Positions 42,788 through 52,558 of a stretch of DNA of 64,000 bases are shown here, one piece after another. Each line of letters starts with the position of its first letter. The first letter of the stretch is position 1. The stretch comes from an uncultured bacterium (GTDB taxonomy: Bacteria; Oederibacteriota; PGYV01; CAWJRG01). The notes under the pieces were generated by a model that did not search any database, was not told the DNA's origin, and worked only from the letters and a program-made list of their open reading frames with translations. Location: NCBI GenBank assembly GCA_963845185.1, contig CAWJRG010000009.1:64001-128000 (forward strand). The letters are read 5' to 3'. The translations under genes were made by a program, and so were the position numbers.

Positions 42788-43780
42788 ATGAAAAAAATAG
42801 TAATTGGTATTTTTGGTGTTTTAATAATAATTTTGACGGCGTGTTCAAAGAAAAACACCGCGTCAATCTTGCCTGCGTGGGAATCGTCGGTTATTTTACC
42901 GGGCACAAACTGGACACAAACGACGGCAAGTGCGAATTTCAGTGTAAGAGATGACCAGACAAGTGTAGTATACGAAAACAAAATTTGGATAATAGGCGGT
43001 GGCGGCAGTAGTTTAAAAAATGACATTTGGGATTCAAATAATGGCATAGAATGGGATCAAGTAATTGTAAATGCAGCATTTAGTGCAAGATGGGGCCATA
43101 CCAGCGTAGTTTATAATAATAAAATTTGGGTTATGGCTGGATATGATAATAATAGTTTAAAAAATGATATATGGTCTTCGGACGACGGCAAAGACTGGGT
43201 ATGTAATACAACAGCAGCGGCATTTAGTGCAAGATATAATCATACTAGTATAATTTATAATAATGAAATGTGGATAATAGCGGGGTTGGATAATAATAAT
43301 TATAAAAATGACGTATGGTATTCAAACGACGGAAAAAATTGGGGATGTACTATAACAGCAGCAGCATTTACTGCAAGACGAGGGCATACTAGCGTGGTAT
43401 ATAATAATAAAATGTGGGTAATAGCGGGGTTGGATAATAATAATAATTATAAAAATGACGTATGGTATTCAAGTGACGGCATAAATTGGACTCAGGCTAC
43501 AGGAACCGCAGCATTTAGTGCAAGGTTCTTTCATACTAATGTAGTATATGATAACAAAATATGGATAATAGGAGGATGGGACAACAGCAACAGTCTAAAA
43601 AATGATGTATGGTATTCAAATGATGGAATGAGCTGGATACGAGCAATAGCAACAGCGGATTTTAGCGCAAGGTATAATAGTACAAGTGTAATATATGACA
43701 ACAAAATATGGGTAATAGCCGGATCAAGTAAAAAAAATAATGTTTATTATTTTTTAAATGATATATGGTATTCTCTGTAA
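42788..43780 (+). CDS. Lipoprotein with Kelch-like beta-propeller repeats
   Basis: Lipobox LTAC; six repeats FSARxxHTSVVYxNKIWxIxG..KNDVWYSxDG. Confidence 0.8.
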   Translation: MKKIVIGIFGVLIIILTACSKKNTASILPAWESSVILPGTNWTQTTASANFSVRDDQTSVVYENKIWIIGGGGSSLKNDIWDSNNGIEWDQVIVNAAFSARWGHTSVVYNNKIWVMAGYDNNSLKNDIWSSDDGKDWVCNTTAAAFSARYNHTSIIYNNEMWIIAGLDNNNYKNDVWYSNDGKNWGCTITAAAFTARRGHTSVVYNNKMWVIAGLDNNNNYKNDVWYSSDGINWTQATGTAAFSARFFHTNVVYDNKIWIIGGWDNSNSLKNDVWYSNDGMSWIRAIATADFSARYNSTSVIYDNKIWVIAGSSKKNNVYYFLNDIWYSL

Positions 43781-43850
43781 TGCGCTTAAAATTATGGGTT
43801 TTATTGCATAATGAAAGTGACTTTTATAGATTGTGCGAAAAGGAGCAAAA

Positions 43851-45485
43851 ATGACAAAAATTGCAAGAATTTTTGTATTCTTTATTTTTATTATTATATT
43901 TCCTATATCAATATTTTCAAAATTTTATGTAGAGCTTGAGCCGAGTTTTAGTTTTCTTAATATGACTGATTATAATTCCTGTATTGACAGCGCAAATAAA
44001 GCAAATGACTCGCAAGGATATGTTTCAAAACTTGAAAAAATAAATTTTTCGTTCCTGCCTGATATTAATGTAGGTTTTTTAAGCGAAACAGACATGGGGT
44101 TATGGGGCTTTTACCTTAAAAACAACGCAATAATAAATTATGGAAGCGCAGGGAATGTTTTATCCTCCAGTAACACAAAAATCCGTACCTCGGATAGAAA
44201 TTTTACTGTATTTTATTCAGGGCTCGGCGCACGAAAATATTATTTTCCGGAGGAAGAAACTAAAATTAATGCTTATATAGGACTGGATGCAGGGGTTTAT
44301 TATTCGAAGAGCAATAGCATAAACGAAAATTCGTATTATTACGACGGCAGTCCTGCGTATTATGAAACAGAAGTATGGTCTTCTTTTTTTGCCGGAGGCG
44401 ACGCGGAAGCAGGCCTTGACTGGTGGTTTAATGACATATTAGGTTTGAATTTAAAAACAGGATACAGGCTTGGCATGGGTACTGTGCTTGTAAATACACA
44501 CAGCAATTTACAGGAATACGACGGGCTGCAACTTAAAAATAAAATTGATTACTCGGGTTTTTATATTGCAATAGGTACTATGTTTGCTTTCGGTATTCCG
44601 GGGCCGGATACAAGGAATACTGAATATGAAGTTAACGAAGATAAGCCATTTTCGGAATTAACTGCGGAATTTTATAATAAGGGTGTAAAATTATTTGATG
44701 AAGGGAACTATGAAGAAGCGGAGAAGCAATTTGAAAGCGCGGTAAAGCTTGACCCGGACAGCAAGCAGATAAACAGATACCTTACCGTGATAAGCAACCT
44801 GAAAGCAGAATCAAGCAAGCAAAACTCAATCGAAAAAAGGCTTGATGTTGCAGACAAATTAAGGGATGCCGGAAACCTGAGAGAGGCGCTGGTAAAATAT
44901 AAGGAATTGCTCGCTATTGACCCTGCAAACGAGCATGCGCTTTTTTATATCAAGGATTTTGCGGACAAATCCGTAAAATTCAGATCAAAGGCAGAAGAGG
45001 AATACGGCAAGAGTGACTTTAAGGCCGCTATACAGGATATTAATAAGGCGGCTGATTACGCGCCTGAGGATAAAGAGATAAGTGAAATAAAAGACAGGAT
45101 ATTAGAAAGTTTTTCTGGTAAAAAGGAAGCTGACAGGCTGTTTAACCAAGCGGTGGAGAATTTTCAAAAAGGGGAGTATGAGAAAGCAGTCGAACTGTGG
45201 GGCAAGGTTATAACAATGACGCCTGGAGACGAAGAAGCAAAAAAAGACTTGAAGATGGCGGAAAAAAAGCTCCTAGAAAAGGATAAAATAACAGGGGAGA
45301 GCGTGGAGAAAGCATTAAGCGAGGCAAAAGATATGCTCGACAAAGGCATATTGGATAAGGCAAAAAATAAATGCGAATATATATTACGCATGGATGCCGG
45401 CAATACCGAAGCAGCACAAATGCTCGAAAAAATAAATGAAATGGAAAATGTGAACAGTAGCGGAGATACCTTACAGAAAAGGTAA
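43851..45485 (+). CDS. Outer-membrane beta-barrel-like N-domain plus TPR C-domain
   Basis: Signal peptide; alternating beta strands ending SGFYIAIGTMFAFG; TPR helices. Confidence 0.65.
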   Translation: MTKIARIFVFFIFIIIFPISIFSKFYVELEPSFSFLNMTDYNSCIDSANKANDSQGYVSKLEKINFSFLPDINVGFLSETDMGLWGFYLKNNAIINYGSAGNVLSSSNTKIRTSDRNFTVFYSGLGARKYYFPEEETKINAYIGLDAGVYYSKSNSINENSYYYDGSPAYYETEVWSSFFAGGDAEAGLDWWFNDILGLNLKTGYRLGMGTVLVNTHSNLQEYDGLQLKNKIDYSGFYIAIGTMFAFGIPGPDTRNTEYEVNEDKPFSELTAEFYNKGVKLFDEGNYEEAEKQFESAVKLDPDSKQINRYLTVISNLKAESSKQNSIEKRLDVADKLRDAGNLREALVKYKELLAIDPANEHALFYIKDFADKSVKFRSKAEEEYGKSDFKAAIQDINKAADYAPEDKEISEIKDRILESFSGKKEADRLFNQAVENFQKGEYEKAVELWGKVITMTPGDEEAKKDLKMAEKKLLEKDKITGESVEKALSEAKDMLDKGILDKAKNKCEYILRMDAGNTEAAQMLEKINEMENVNSSGDTLQKR

Positions 45486-45609
45486 AAAATAAACTTAATA
45501 TCCTTTTATTTTAAATTTTTTTTAATCTTTCTGCACCTAATTTGTCTTTGTTAAATACTAACATCGAAAACTTAGATTGCCAATGCCAATTTAGTGGTTT
45601 AATTGTCTA

Positions 45610-45638
45610 TTGACTTTTTAATTTATAGATAATATAAT
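45610..45638 (+). promoter_or_regulatory. Sigma70 promoter of the hom operon
   Basis: TTGACT-17 nt-TATAAT. Confidence 0.7.
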
Positions 45639-45787
45639 CACAAACACCTAATAAAATTAAGGCAAATATGCGAATCAGCATAGCCAATAACTGAATTATT
45701 AAAGAAAAATATTTAAAAAGTCGCTTCCTGAACTATGGTTTTGTTTTACGGGAATTGCTATGATTTTTTATAAAAATTGAGGCAGAA

Positions 45788-47091
45788 ATGGGAAAAAAAG
45801 TTGTTAATGTAGGCTTAATCGGCTTCGGGACCGTAGGCACGGGAGTTGTTAAGCTCTTTAAAGACAACAGCGATATTATAAACAGAAAAGCCGGCATATC
45901 GGTGCGGCTGAAGTCTATCTGCGACATTAAGTTTAAAAAAGGGAAAAGCATTGGGCTCTTGAAATGCAGGCTGACGCGGGATGCCAGGATATTTTAAACG
46001 ACCCGGACATTGACATAGTCGTGGAGCTGATAGGCGGGTACAGGCCCGCGCTTGACTTTATACTGTCAGCCATGAAAAATAAAAAGCACGTGGTGAGCGC
46101 CAACAAGGCCTTGATAGCGAAATACTGGGAACAGATATGGACACAGGCCAAGAGGAACCGCGTTGAATTCATGGCAGAGGCAAGCGTCGGCGGAGGCATA
46201 CCGGTTATCATAGGCCTGAAGCACGGCCTGTCGGCAAACAGGATACTGAAAATAATGGCCATAGTAAACGGCACAACGAATTACATACTTACAAAAATGA
46301 CGCTTGAAAAAATGGATTTTGCCGCTGCCCTGAAAGAGGCGCAGGACAAGGGCTTTGCCGAAAAGATTGACCCTTCGCTTGACATAGACGGGTTGGACGC
46401 CATGCACAAGATAGTCATCCTCTCGTCAATGGCCTTTGGCAGGAGGGTGAAAGAAAGCGAGGTTTATGTAGAGGGCATAAGCAGGGTGGACAGCATGGAT
46501 ATAGAATACGCGCACGAAGAGTTCGGCTATTTCATGAAACTGCTCGCCATCGCGGAAAAAAGCAGGGACGGGCTTAACATAAGGGTGCACCCAACGCTGA
46601 TACCAAAGGACCATGCTCTTGCCGGCGTGAATTACGAGTTTAACGCCATAGAAATAACAGGAGACGCTTCGGGGAACATAGTTTTTTACGGCAGGGGCGC
46701 GGGCGAAATGCCTACGGCGTCGGCGGTGCTTTCGGATATCGTGGATATAGCAAAAGATATAGCGTCCGGCAATCCCGGGCAGATACATGAGCAGCCGGTT
46801 GGCGACAAAAAAATAAAAATAAAAAAGATAGGCGACATAAAATGCAAATATTACCTGAGATTTACTGTTGTGGACAAGGCTGGAGTGCTTGGAAAAATAG
46901 CCGATGTCCTGGGCAGGCATAATATAAGCATAAAATCAGTTATCCAGAAAGCAAGGGCAATACACAAGGAAGTGCCTGTTGTAATAATGACTTACGAGGC
47001 AAGGGAAGCGGATTTAAAGCATGCCCTTGATAAAATAGACGCTATGGATGTGGTGAAATGCAAGACAGTCTATTATAGAGTTGTTGAGTGA
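45788..47091 (+). CDS. hom: Homoserine dehydrogenase with ACT domain (1-nt frameshift near 45986, probably a sequencing error)
   Basis: GLIGFGTVG in ORF 45788; VELIGG, SANKA, EASVGGGIP, NGTTNYIL, YYLRF..DKAGVL in ORF 45964. Confidence 0.92.
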
Positions 47092-47208
47092 TTAGGGAAT
47101 TGTAGAGAAGGTCGTCTCTGGGTTTCTTGGTTAATTTAAAACTTAGAGACAAAAAGACCAAGAAACTAAGAGATTTCACAATTAACTCCGAACACTGAAT
47201 GGAGAAAC

Positions 47209-48276
47209 ATGGAAACGTATAAAGGCGTAATAGAGCGATACAGGAAATACCTGCCTGTGACAAAAAATACGCCAATAGTGACGCTTCTTGAAGGCAATAC
47301 TCCCCTGATCAGAGTGGACAAAATAGCAAGGATGGCCGGTGAAAATGTCGAGCTTTACGTTAAGTACGAAGGGCTGAACCCGACCGGTTCTTTTAAAGAC
47401 AGGGGCATGACCCTTGCGCTTTCAAAAGCCAAAGAAAAGGGCGTAAGGGCCACGATATGCGCGTCCACGGGAAACACTTCGGCCTCTGCCGCAGCTTATT
47501 CTGCCAGGGCGGGAATAAAAAGTTATGTTATAATACCAAATGGATATATAGCCCTTGGAAAGTTGTCACAGGCATTGATACACGGCGCCATGGTCATAGC
47601 AATTGAAGGCAATTTCGATGCCGCGCTGGGCATAGTGAAAGACATATGCGACAAATACCCAATAGAGCTTGTGAATTCATTAAACCCTTTCAGGATAGAG
47701 GGACAGAAGAGCGGCGCTTTTGAAATAGTTGACGTGCTGGGCGACGCGCCGGATTTTCACGCCATTCCTGTCGGGAACGCGGGCAATATAACGGCTTACT
47801 GGAAGGGATACAGGGAATATAAATCAGCCGGCAAAGCCAAAAAGCTGCCGAAGATGATAGGATTCCAGGCAGCAGGTGCGGCACCCATAGTGCGCGGCTA
47901 TCCCATAGAGAAACCTGAGACTATTGCAACGGCAATCAGGATAGGTAACCCGGCAAGCTGGAAACAGGCAGAAGCAGCCAGGGACGAGTCCGGCGGCCTG
48001 ATAGACATGGTTACCGATGACGAAATAATAAACGCGTACAAAATGCTCTCGCAAAAGGAAGGGATTTTTGTTGAGCCGGCTTCGGCAGCTTCGGTTGCCG
48101 GGGTCTTGAAATATGCCCGGCGCGGCTATTTCCCCAAAAAGAAAAAACTGCGCATCGTGTGCGTCTTGACCGGGCACGGGTTAAAAGACCCGGACAGGGC
48201 TTTAAAGAGCGTGAATTTTAAGCCGAGGGTTGTCAAACCCGACGTAAAAGCAATAATGAAATTAATTAAAAACTAA
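47209..48276 (+). CDS. thrC: Threonine synthase
   Basis: EGLNPTGSFKDRG, CASTGNTSASAAAY, PVGNAGN, TGHGLKDP. Confidence 0.95.
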   Translation: METYKGVIERYRKYLPVTKNTPIVTLLEGNTPLIRVDKIARMAGENVELYVKYEGLNPTGSFKDRGMTLALSKAKEKGVRATICASTGNTSASAAAYSARAGIKSYVIIPNGYIALGKLSQALIHGAMVIAIEGNFDAALGIVKDICDKYPIELVNSLNPFRIEGQKSGAFEIVDVLGDAPDFHAIPVGNAGNITAYWKGYREYKSAGKAKKLPKMIGFQAAGAAPIVRGYPIEKPETIATAIRIGNPASWKQAEAARDESGGLIDMVTDDEIINAYKMLSQKEGIFVEPASAASVAGVLKYARRGYFPKKKKLRIVCVLTGHGLKDPDRALKSVNFKPRVVKPDVKAIMKLIKN

Positions 48277-48438
48277 TACCGCTTGTCCTCGACGTAAACG
48301 TCCCGGACTGGAGCGGGTACAAGATAGCGTAATGTTTTGTCGGGTAGTTTTTATATTAGATGACTTATGGAAGCTACCCGCCAAATAGTCCACTGGACTA
48401 TTTGGCTGCCTGTACGGCTTGACAAAACAAACGCTATC
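48276..48438 (+). repeat. Two-hairpin intergenic repeat element, copy E, with extra nested hairpins
   Basis: First hairpin identical to copy F; second stem GATAGCGT..TGTTTTGTC / GACAAAACA..ACGCTATC encloses GGGTAG..CTACCC and GCCAAATAGTCCA-C-TGGACTATTTGGC. Confidence 0.85.
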
Positions 48439-48441
48439 ATA

Positions 48442-48541
48442 GCACCGCTTGTCCTCGACGTAAACGTCCCGGACTGGAGCGGGTACAAGTTTCCGTAAGA
48501 TTTTGCCTTAGCTGTTGACGCTCGGCAAAATCAACGGACTC
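48442..48541 (+). repeat. Two-hairpin intergenic repeat element, copy F
   Basis: Tandem with copy E; ends at the TAAGGAGG RBS of 48557. Confidence 0.85.
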
Positions 48542-48556
48542 TAAGGAGGAGACGAA

Positions 48557-49744
48557 ATGAAGAATATGGTTTTGACGGTATTACTTCTGGTATTTTCTTT
48601 CAGTGCATACGCCAAGAACGCTTTTGATTATTACAACGACGGCGTTGACAAGTATGACGCCAAGGATTATCAGGGCGCGCTTGCCTGTTTCGTAAAGGCG
48701 ATTAAAAAAAAGCCTGAATTCGCAAAGCCTTACAACAAGGCAGGGCTTTCTTACGCGGCAATGAACAATTTCGACCAGGCAATACTTATGTACAAGGAGG
48801 CGGTAATTGCCGACCCGAATTGCGCGGAAGCTTATTACAACATGGCAGTAGGTTACGAACTCGAACAAAAGCCGGCTCTCGCCGTGAAAAACTACACAAA
48901 GGCCATGGACCTGAACAATGACACGCATATATTTGTCAGGGCCTCGCTTAACCTTGCGATGCTGGACAGGGAAGAGGCAGAAAAGACAAAAAACCGCAGC
49001 AAAGACGACGATGCAATAACACTGTTAAGGAACGCGAGTATATATGAGCCGGATTTTGCCGAGCTTTACAATGAGGCAGGGCTGGTTTACCTGGATACGG
49101 AATTTTACGACAAGGCAGTAGAGCAGTTCCAGAAGGCCCTTGAAAAAGACCAGCATTATTCCGAGGCGTCCGTTAACCTGGCGGTTGCATACGAAAAGAA
49201 GGGAAACATTGCAAGGGCATTGAATCAATCGGAAGCCGCACTCAAGCTTGATCAGAATTTTCCGGGAGCGCAGTACAATTACGGCAACATGTGCATTTTG
49301 GACGGGTATTACGACAAGGCAATTGCGCACCTCACGAGGGCAACGGAGCTGAACCCGAAATTTGCAGAGGCGTATTACAGCCTCGGCAAGGCGTACATGC
49401 ATAAAAACATGTTCAAGGAAGCAGAGGATTCCTATAAAAAAGCCTTAAAAATAAACAAGACATTTACGCTTGCCAAACGCGCGCTCGGCACAATGGCAAA
49501 ACTTAAAAAGGATTTAAAAAGCCATATCAAGGCAAAACCCACGCCGGTTCAAGGGCAGGAAGGCGAAACAACAGCCAAGGAAGGCGAGGATAAAACAAGC
49601 GAAAACGGCGAAGCCGCGAAGACTGACGAAGGTTCCAAAAATGATTCTGGAGAAACCAGTGCAAAGGAAGGCGACCAGAGCCAGACGCAGCCCGATAACG
49701 GCGAAGAAGGGCAGGCAAAGCCCAAGGAAGAAGGCTGGGAATAG
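48557..49744 (+). CDS. Exported TPR protein with acidic low-complexity tail
   Basis: Signal peptide; repeated AEAYYN/SLG TPR motifs. Confidence 0.85.
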   Translation: MKNMVLTVLLLVFSFSAYAKNAFDYYNDGVDKYDAKDYQGALACFVKAIKKKPEFAKPYNKAGLSYAAMNNFDQAILMYKEAVIADPNCAEAYYNMAVGYELEQKPALAVKNYTKAMDLNNDTHIFVRASLNLAMLDREEAEKTKNRSKDDDAITLLRNASIYEPDFAELYNEAGLVYLDTEFYDKAVEQFQKALEKDQHYSEASVNLAVAYEKKGNIARALNQSEAALKLDQNFPGAQYNYGNMCILDGYYDKAIAHLTRATELNPKFAEAYYSLGKAYMHKNMFKEAEDSYKKALKINKTFTLAKRALGTMAKLKKDLKSHIKAKPTPVQGQEGETTAKEGEDKTSENGEAAKTDEGSKNDSGETSAKEGDQSQTQPDNGEEGQAKPKEEGWE

Positions 49745-49862
49745 GCTGCATATTAAATTTTAGGCTGAGATTTTTGAATTAAGAACAAAGATTGAACTCA
49801 AAATATGGTACTGATATAAAATCAATATCAAAATCACCAATAAAACATTTAATGGAGAAAAA

Positions 49863-51054
49863 ATGAAATATATTATACTGCTTGCCGACGGCATGGCTGA
49901 CAGGCCTGTGGAAGAACTTGGCAATAAGACCCCGCTTGAGGCGGCAAACACGCCTGCAATGGATGAGCTTGCCAAAAAAAGCACGGCAGGCATGGTAAAA
50001 ACCCAGGTAGAGGGCTATCCTTTCGGCTCGGACATAGGAAACATGACCATACTGGGCATGGACCCGCACGTGTATTATACAGGCAGGGCGCCGCTTGAGA
50101 CCGCTAATATGGGCATCAATCTTGAAGGCAACCAGGTCGCATTCAGGTGCAATCTTGTAACAGTAAAAAATAATATAATGGTGGATTACAGCTCGGGGCA
50201 CATAACAACCGAGGAAGCGAAGGTGTTAATAAAACTCCTTGATAAAAAGCTTGGAGGCAAGGATTACAGTTTTTATCCGGGCAAAAGTTACAGGCATATC
50301 ATGGTTATGAAGGGCGGCGATGAGGTCAAGACAACGCCTCCGCATGATATTTCGGGCCAGGATATAACAGCATACATGCCCAAAGGCAATAAAAGCAAGC
50401 AGCTGATACAGCTCATGCAGGATTCTGTTTTTCTGCTTGACGGGCACGAGGTAAATATCAAAAGAAGGGCAGACGGCAAGAACCCGGCAAACATGATATG
50501 GCTCTGGGGTCAGGGCAAAAAAATGGATTTGCCGAAATTAAAGGATAAATTCGGGATTACAGGAGCGGTCATATCTGCAGTTGACCTTGTGAAAGGCATC
50601 GGGATAATAATGGGCATGGACCCCATAGATGTGCCGGGCGCGACAGGGTATATAGATACAAATTATGAAGGAAAAGCCGCGTACGCCCTGCGCGCGCTTA
50701 AAAAAAATGATTTTGTGTTTTTACATGTTGAAGCGACGGACGAAATGGGGCACAATGGAGAATATCAACGGCAAAGTGCAGGCCGTAGAAAAGTTTGACT
50801 CGCTTATAGTAAGGCCGGTAATGGAAGGCATGAAAAAATTCGGCGAGTATAAGATAATGGTGACGTCGGACCACGCTACGCCGGTGAAGGTAAAAACGCA
50901 TACGGATGAGCCTGTTCCTTTCATGATTTTTAATTCTACAAGGAATACCGAAAACGGCCTGACGGGATTTACAGAAAAAGAAGTTACGGAAAAAAAGAGC
51001 ATCTATTTTGATAAAGGATGGGAATTATTCCCGTATTTTATCAGCGAGGCATGA
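49863..51054 (+). CDS. apgM: Cofactor-independent phosphoglycerate mutase ApgM family (the subfamily proposed as homoserine kinase); 1-nt frameshift near 50760
   Basis: DGMAD..GNKTPLE, GSD, YTGRAPLE, TPPHD, HVEATDEMGH then TSDHATP..THTDEPVP in the second frame. Confidence 0.85.
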
Positions 51055-51079
51055 TTATAATTCCGGAGGTTTATAAGCA

Positions 51080-52318
51080 ATGGCTTTGATAGTCCAAAAA
51101 TACGGAGGCGCTGCGCTTGCCACTCCTGAAAAAATACTCCGTGTAGCAGACAGGATAATAAAAACAAAAAGAAAAGGCAACAGCATGGTGGTTGTGGTGT
51201 CGGCGCCGGGCGATACGACGGACGATTTAATCAGGTTTGCAGGCGAGGTCGCGAAATCGCCGGACGCGCGCGAGCTTGACATGCTGATGGCCACCGGAGA
51301 GCAGAAGTCAATAGCGCTTATAAGCATGGCCCTGATAGATAAGGGCGTGAAAGCAAGGTCTTTCACCGGAGGGCAGGTCGGCATAGTAACGGACAGCAGG
51401 CATACAAAAGCAAGCATTTTAGGCATAAAAGGCATAGGTAAAATTAAACAGGCGTTAAGGCAGGGTTACGTGGCTGTTGTTGCAGGGTTCCAGGGCATAA
51501 CCAAAAAAGAGGATATAACCACGCTTGGCCGCGGCGGGTCCGACCTTTCGGCAGTAGCCCTTGCCAAAGCCACAAGCGCAGATGTGTGCGAGTTTTTAAA
51601 GGATGTAGAAGGCGTTTTTACAGCCAATCCGAAAGTTGTTCCTGATGCAAAAAAGATAAGCGAGCTTTCATATGACGAAATGCTTGAGCTGGCGAGCAGC
51701 GGAGCGGAAGTTTTAAACAACCGCTCTGTTGAAGTCGCGAAAAATTACGGCATTGTTTTACATGTAAGAGGCGCGTTTACAGACAAACCGGGAACAATAA
51801 TACGCAAGGAGGATAAAAAAATGGAAAAGATAGTGGTAAGCGGCATAACCTACAATAAAAACGAAGCAAAGATAACAATATTAAACGTTCCGGACAGGCC
51901 GGGCATAGCTGCCTTGATATTCAACAAGATAGCGGACAAGGATATAAATGTCGACATGATAATCCAGAATATAAGCCAGAAAGGCTCAACCGATGTCTCA
52001 TTTACGATTACAGCCGGAGATTTGAAAAAAAGCAGGAGAGTCCTTGAGGATATAGTGAAAAAGATAAAAGCAAAAGGTTTCATTGTGGACGACGGGATAG
52101 GCAAGGTCTCGATAGTAGGCGCCGGGATGAGGCAGCATACGGGCGTGGCGGCAAAAATGTTTAAGGCTCTTGCGGATGAGAAGATAAATATAGAAATGAT
52201 ATCGACGTCGGAAATTAAAATATCCGTTGTGGTAAAGCAAAAAGATATTGAAAAAGCAGTCAGGGTTATTCACAAAGCCTTTAACCTCGGAAAGAAAAAA
52301 ATATCAAAGGAAAAGTGA
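51080..52318 (+). CDS. lysC: Aspartate kinase
   Basis: IVQKYGG, VAGFQG, TTLGRGGSD, two ACT domains ending ISTSEIKIS. Confidence 0.95.
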   Translation: MALIVQKYGGAALATPEKILRVADRIIKTKRKGNSMVVVVSAPGDTTDDLIRFAGEVAKSPDARELDMLMATGEQKSIALISMALIDKGVKARSFTGGQVGIVTDSRHTKASILGIKGIGKIKQALRQGYVAVVAGFQGITKKEDITTLGRGGSDLSAVALAKATSADVCEFLKDVEGVFTANPKVVPDAKKISELSYDEMLELASSGAEVLNNRSVEVAKNYGIVLHVRGAFTDKPGTIIRKEDKKMEKIVVSGITYNKNEAKITILNVPDRPGIAALIFNKIADKDINVDMIIQNISQKGSTDVSFTITAGDLKKSRRVLEDIVKKIKAKGFIVDDGIGKVSIVGAGMRQHTGVAAKMFKALADEKINIEMISTSEIKISVVVKQKDIEKAVRVIHKAFNLGKKKISKEK

Positions 52319-52330
52319 GGTGGAATAAAA

Positions 52331-52558
52331 ATGGCAGAAAACAACAACGTCCCGAGCCAGAACCAGACGCAGCCGCAACCGGCAGCCCAGCCCCAGCAGC
52401 AGGCAGCAAACAATGCCGCAGGTGCCGCGGAACAAACCAGGCCAAAAGAAACAAAAAAAGTTGAGGAGTTCTCGCTTATGTGGCATTTGCGGGTACTCGG
52501 AGTAATATACCTGGTACTTATTGTATTTTACGTCATTTTAAAGGTAACTTTAAAATGA
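52331..52558 (+). CDS. Small Gln/Ala-rich protein with C-terminal TM helix
   Basis: GAGGTG RBS; ATGA overlap with cimA. Confidence 0.65.
   Translation: MAENNNVPSQNQTQPQPAAQPQQQAANNAAGAAEQTRPKETKKVEEFSLMWHLRVLGVIYLVLIVFYVILKVTLK

Noticed and set aside
47116..47172. Inverted repeat GTTTCTTGGT/ACCAAGAAAC between hom and thrC
   Set aside because: Single copy, long loop, no T tract; not enough to assign a function
48276..48489. Two identical ~46-bp repeats resembling a mini CRISPR array
   Set aside because: Only two units, a ~120-bp highly structured interval, no cas genes, and dispersed copies elsewhere
45960..50800. Programmed frameshifting or pseudogenisation of hom and apgM
   Set aside because: No slippery heptamer at the breakpoints; same single-base pattern across unrelated genes
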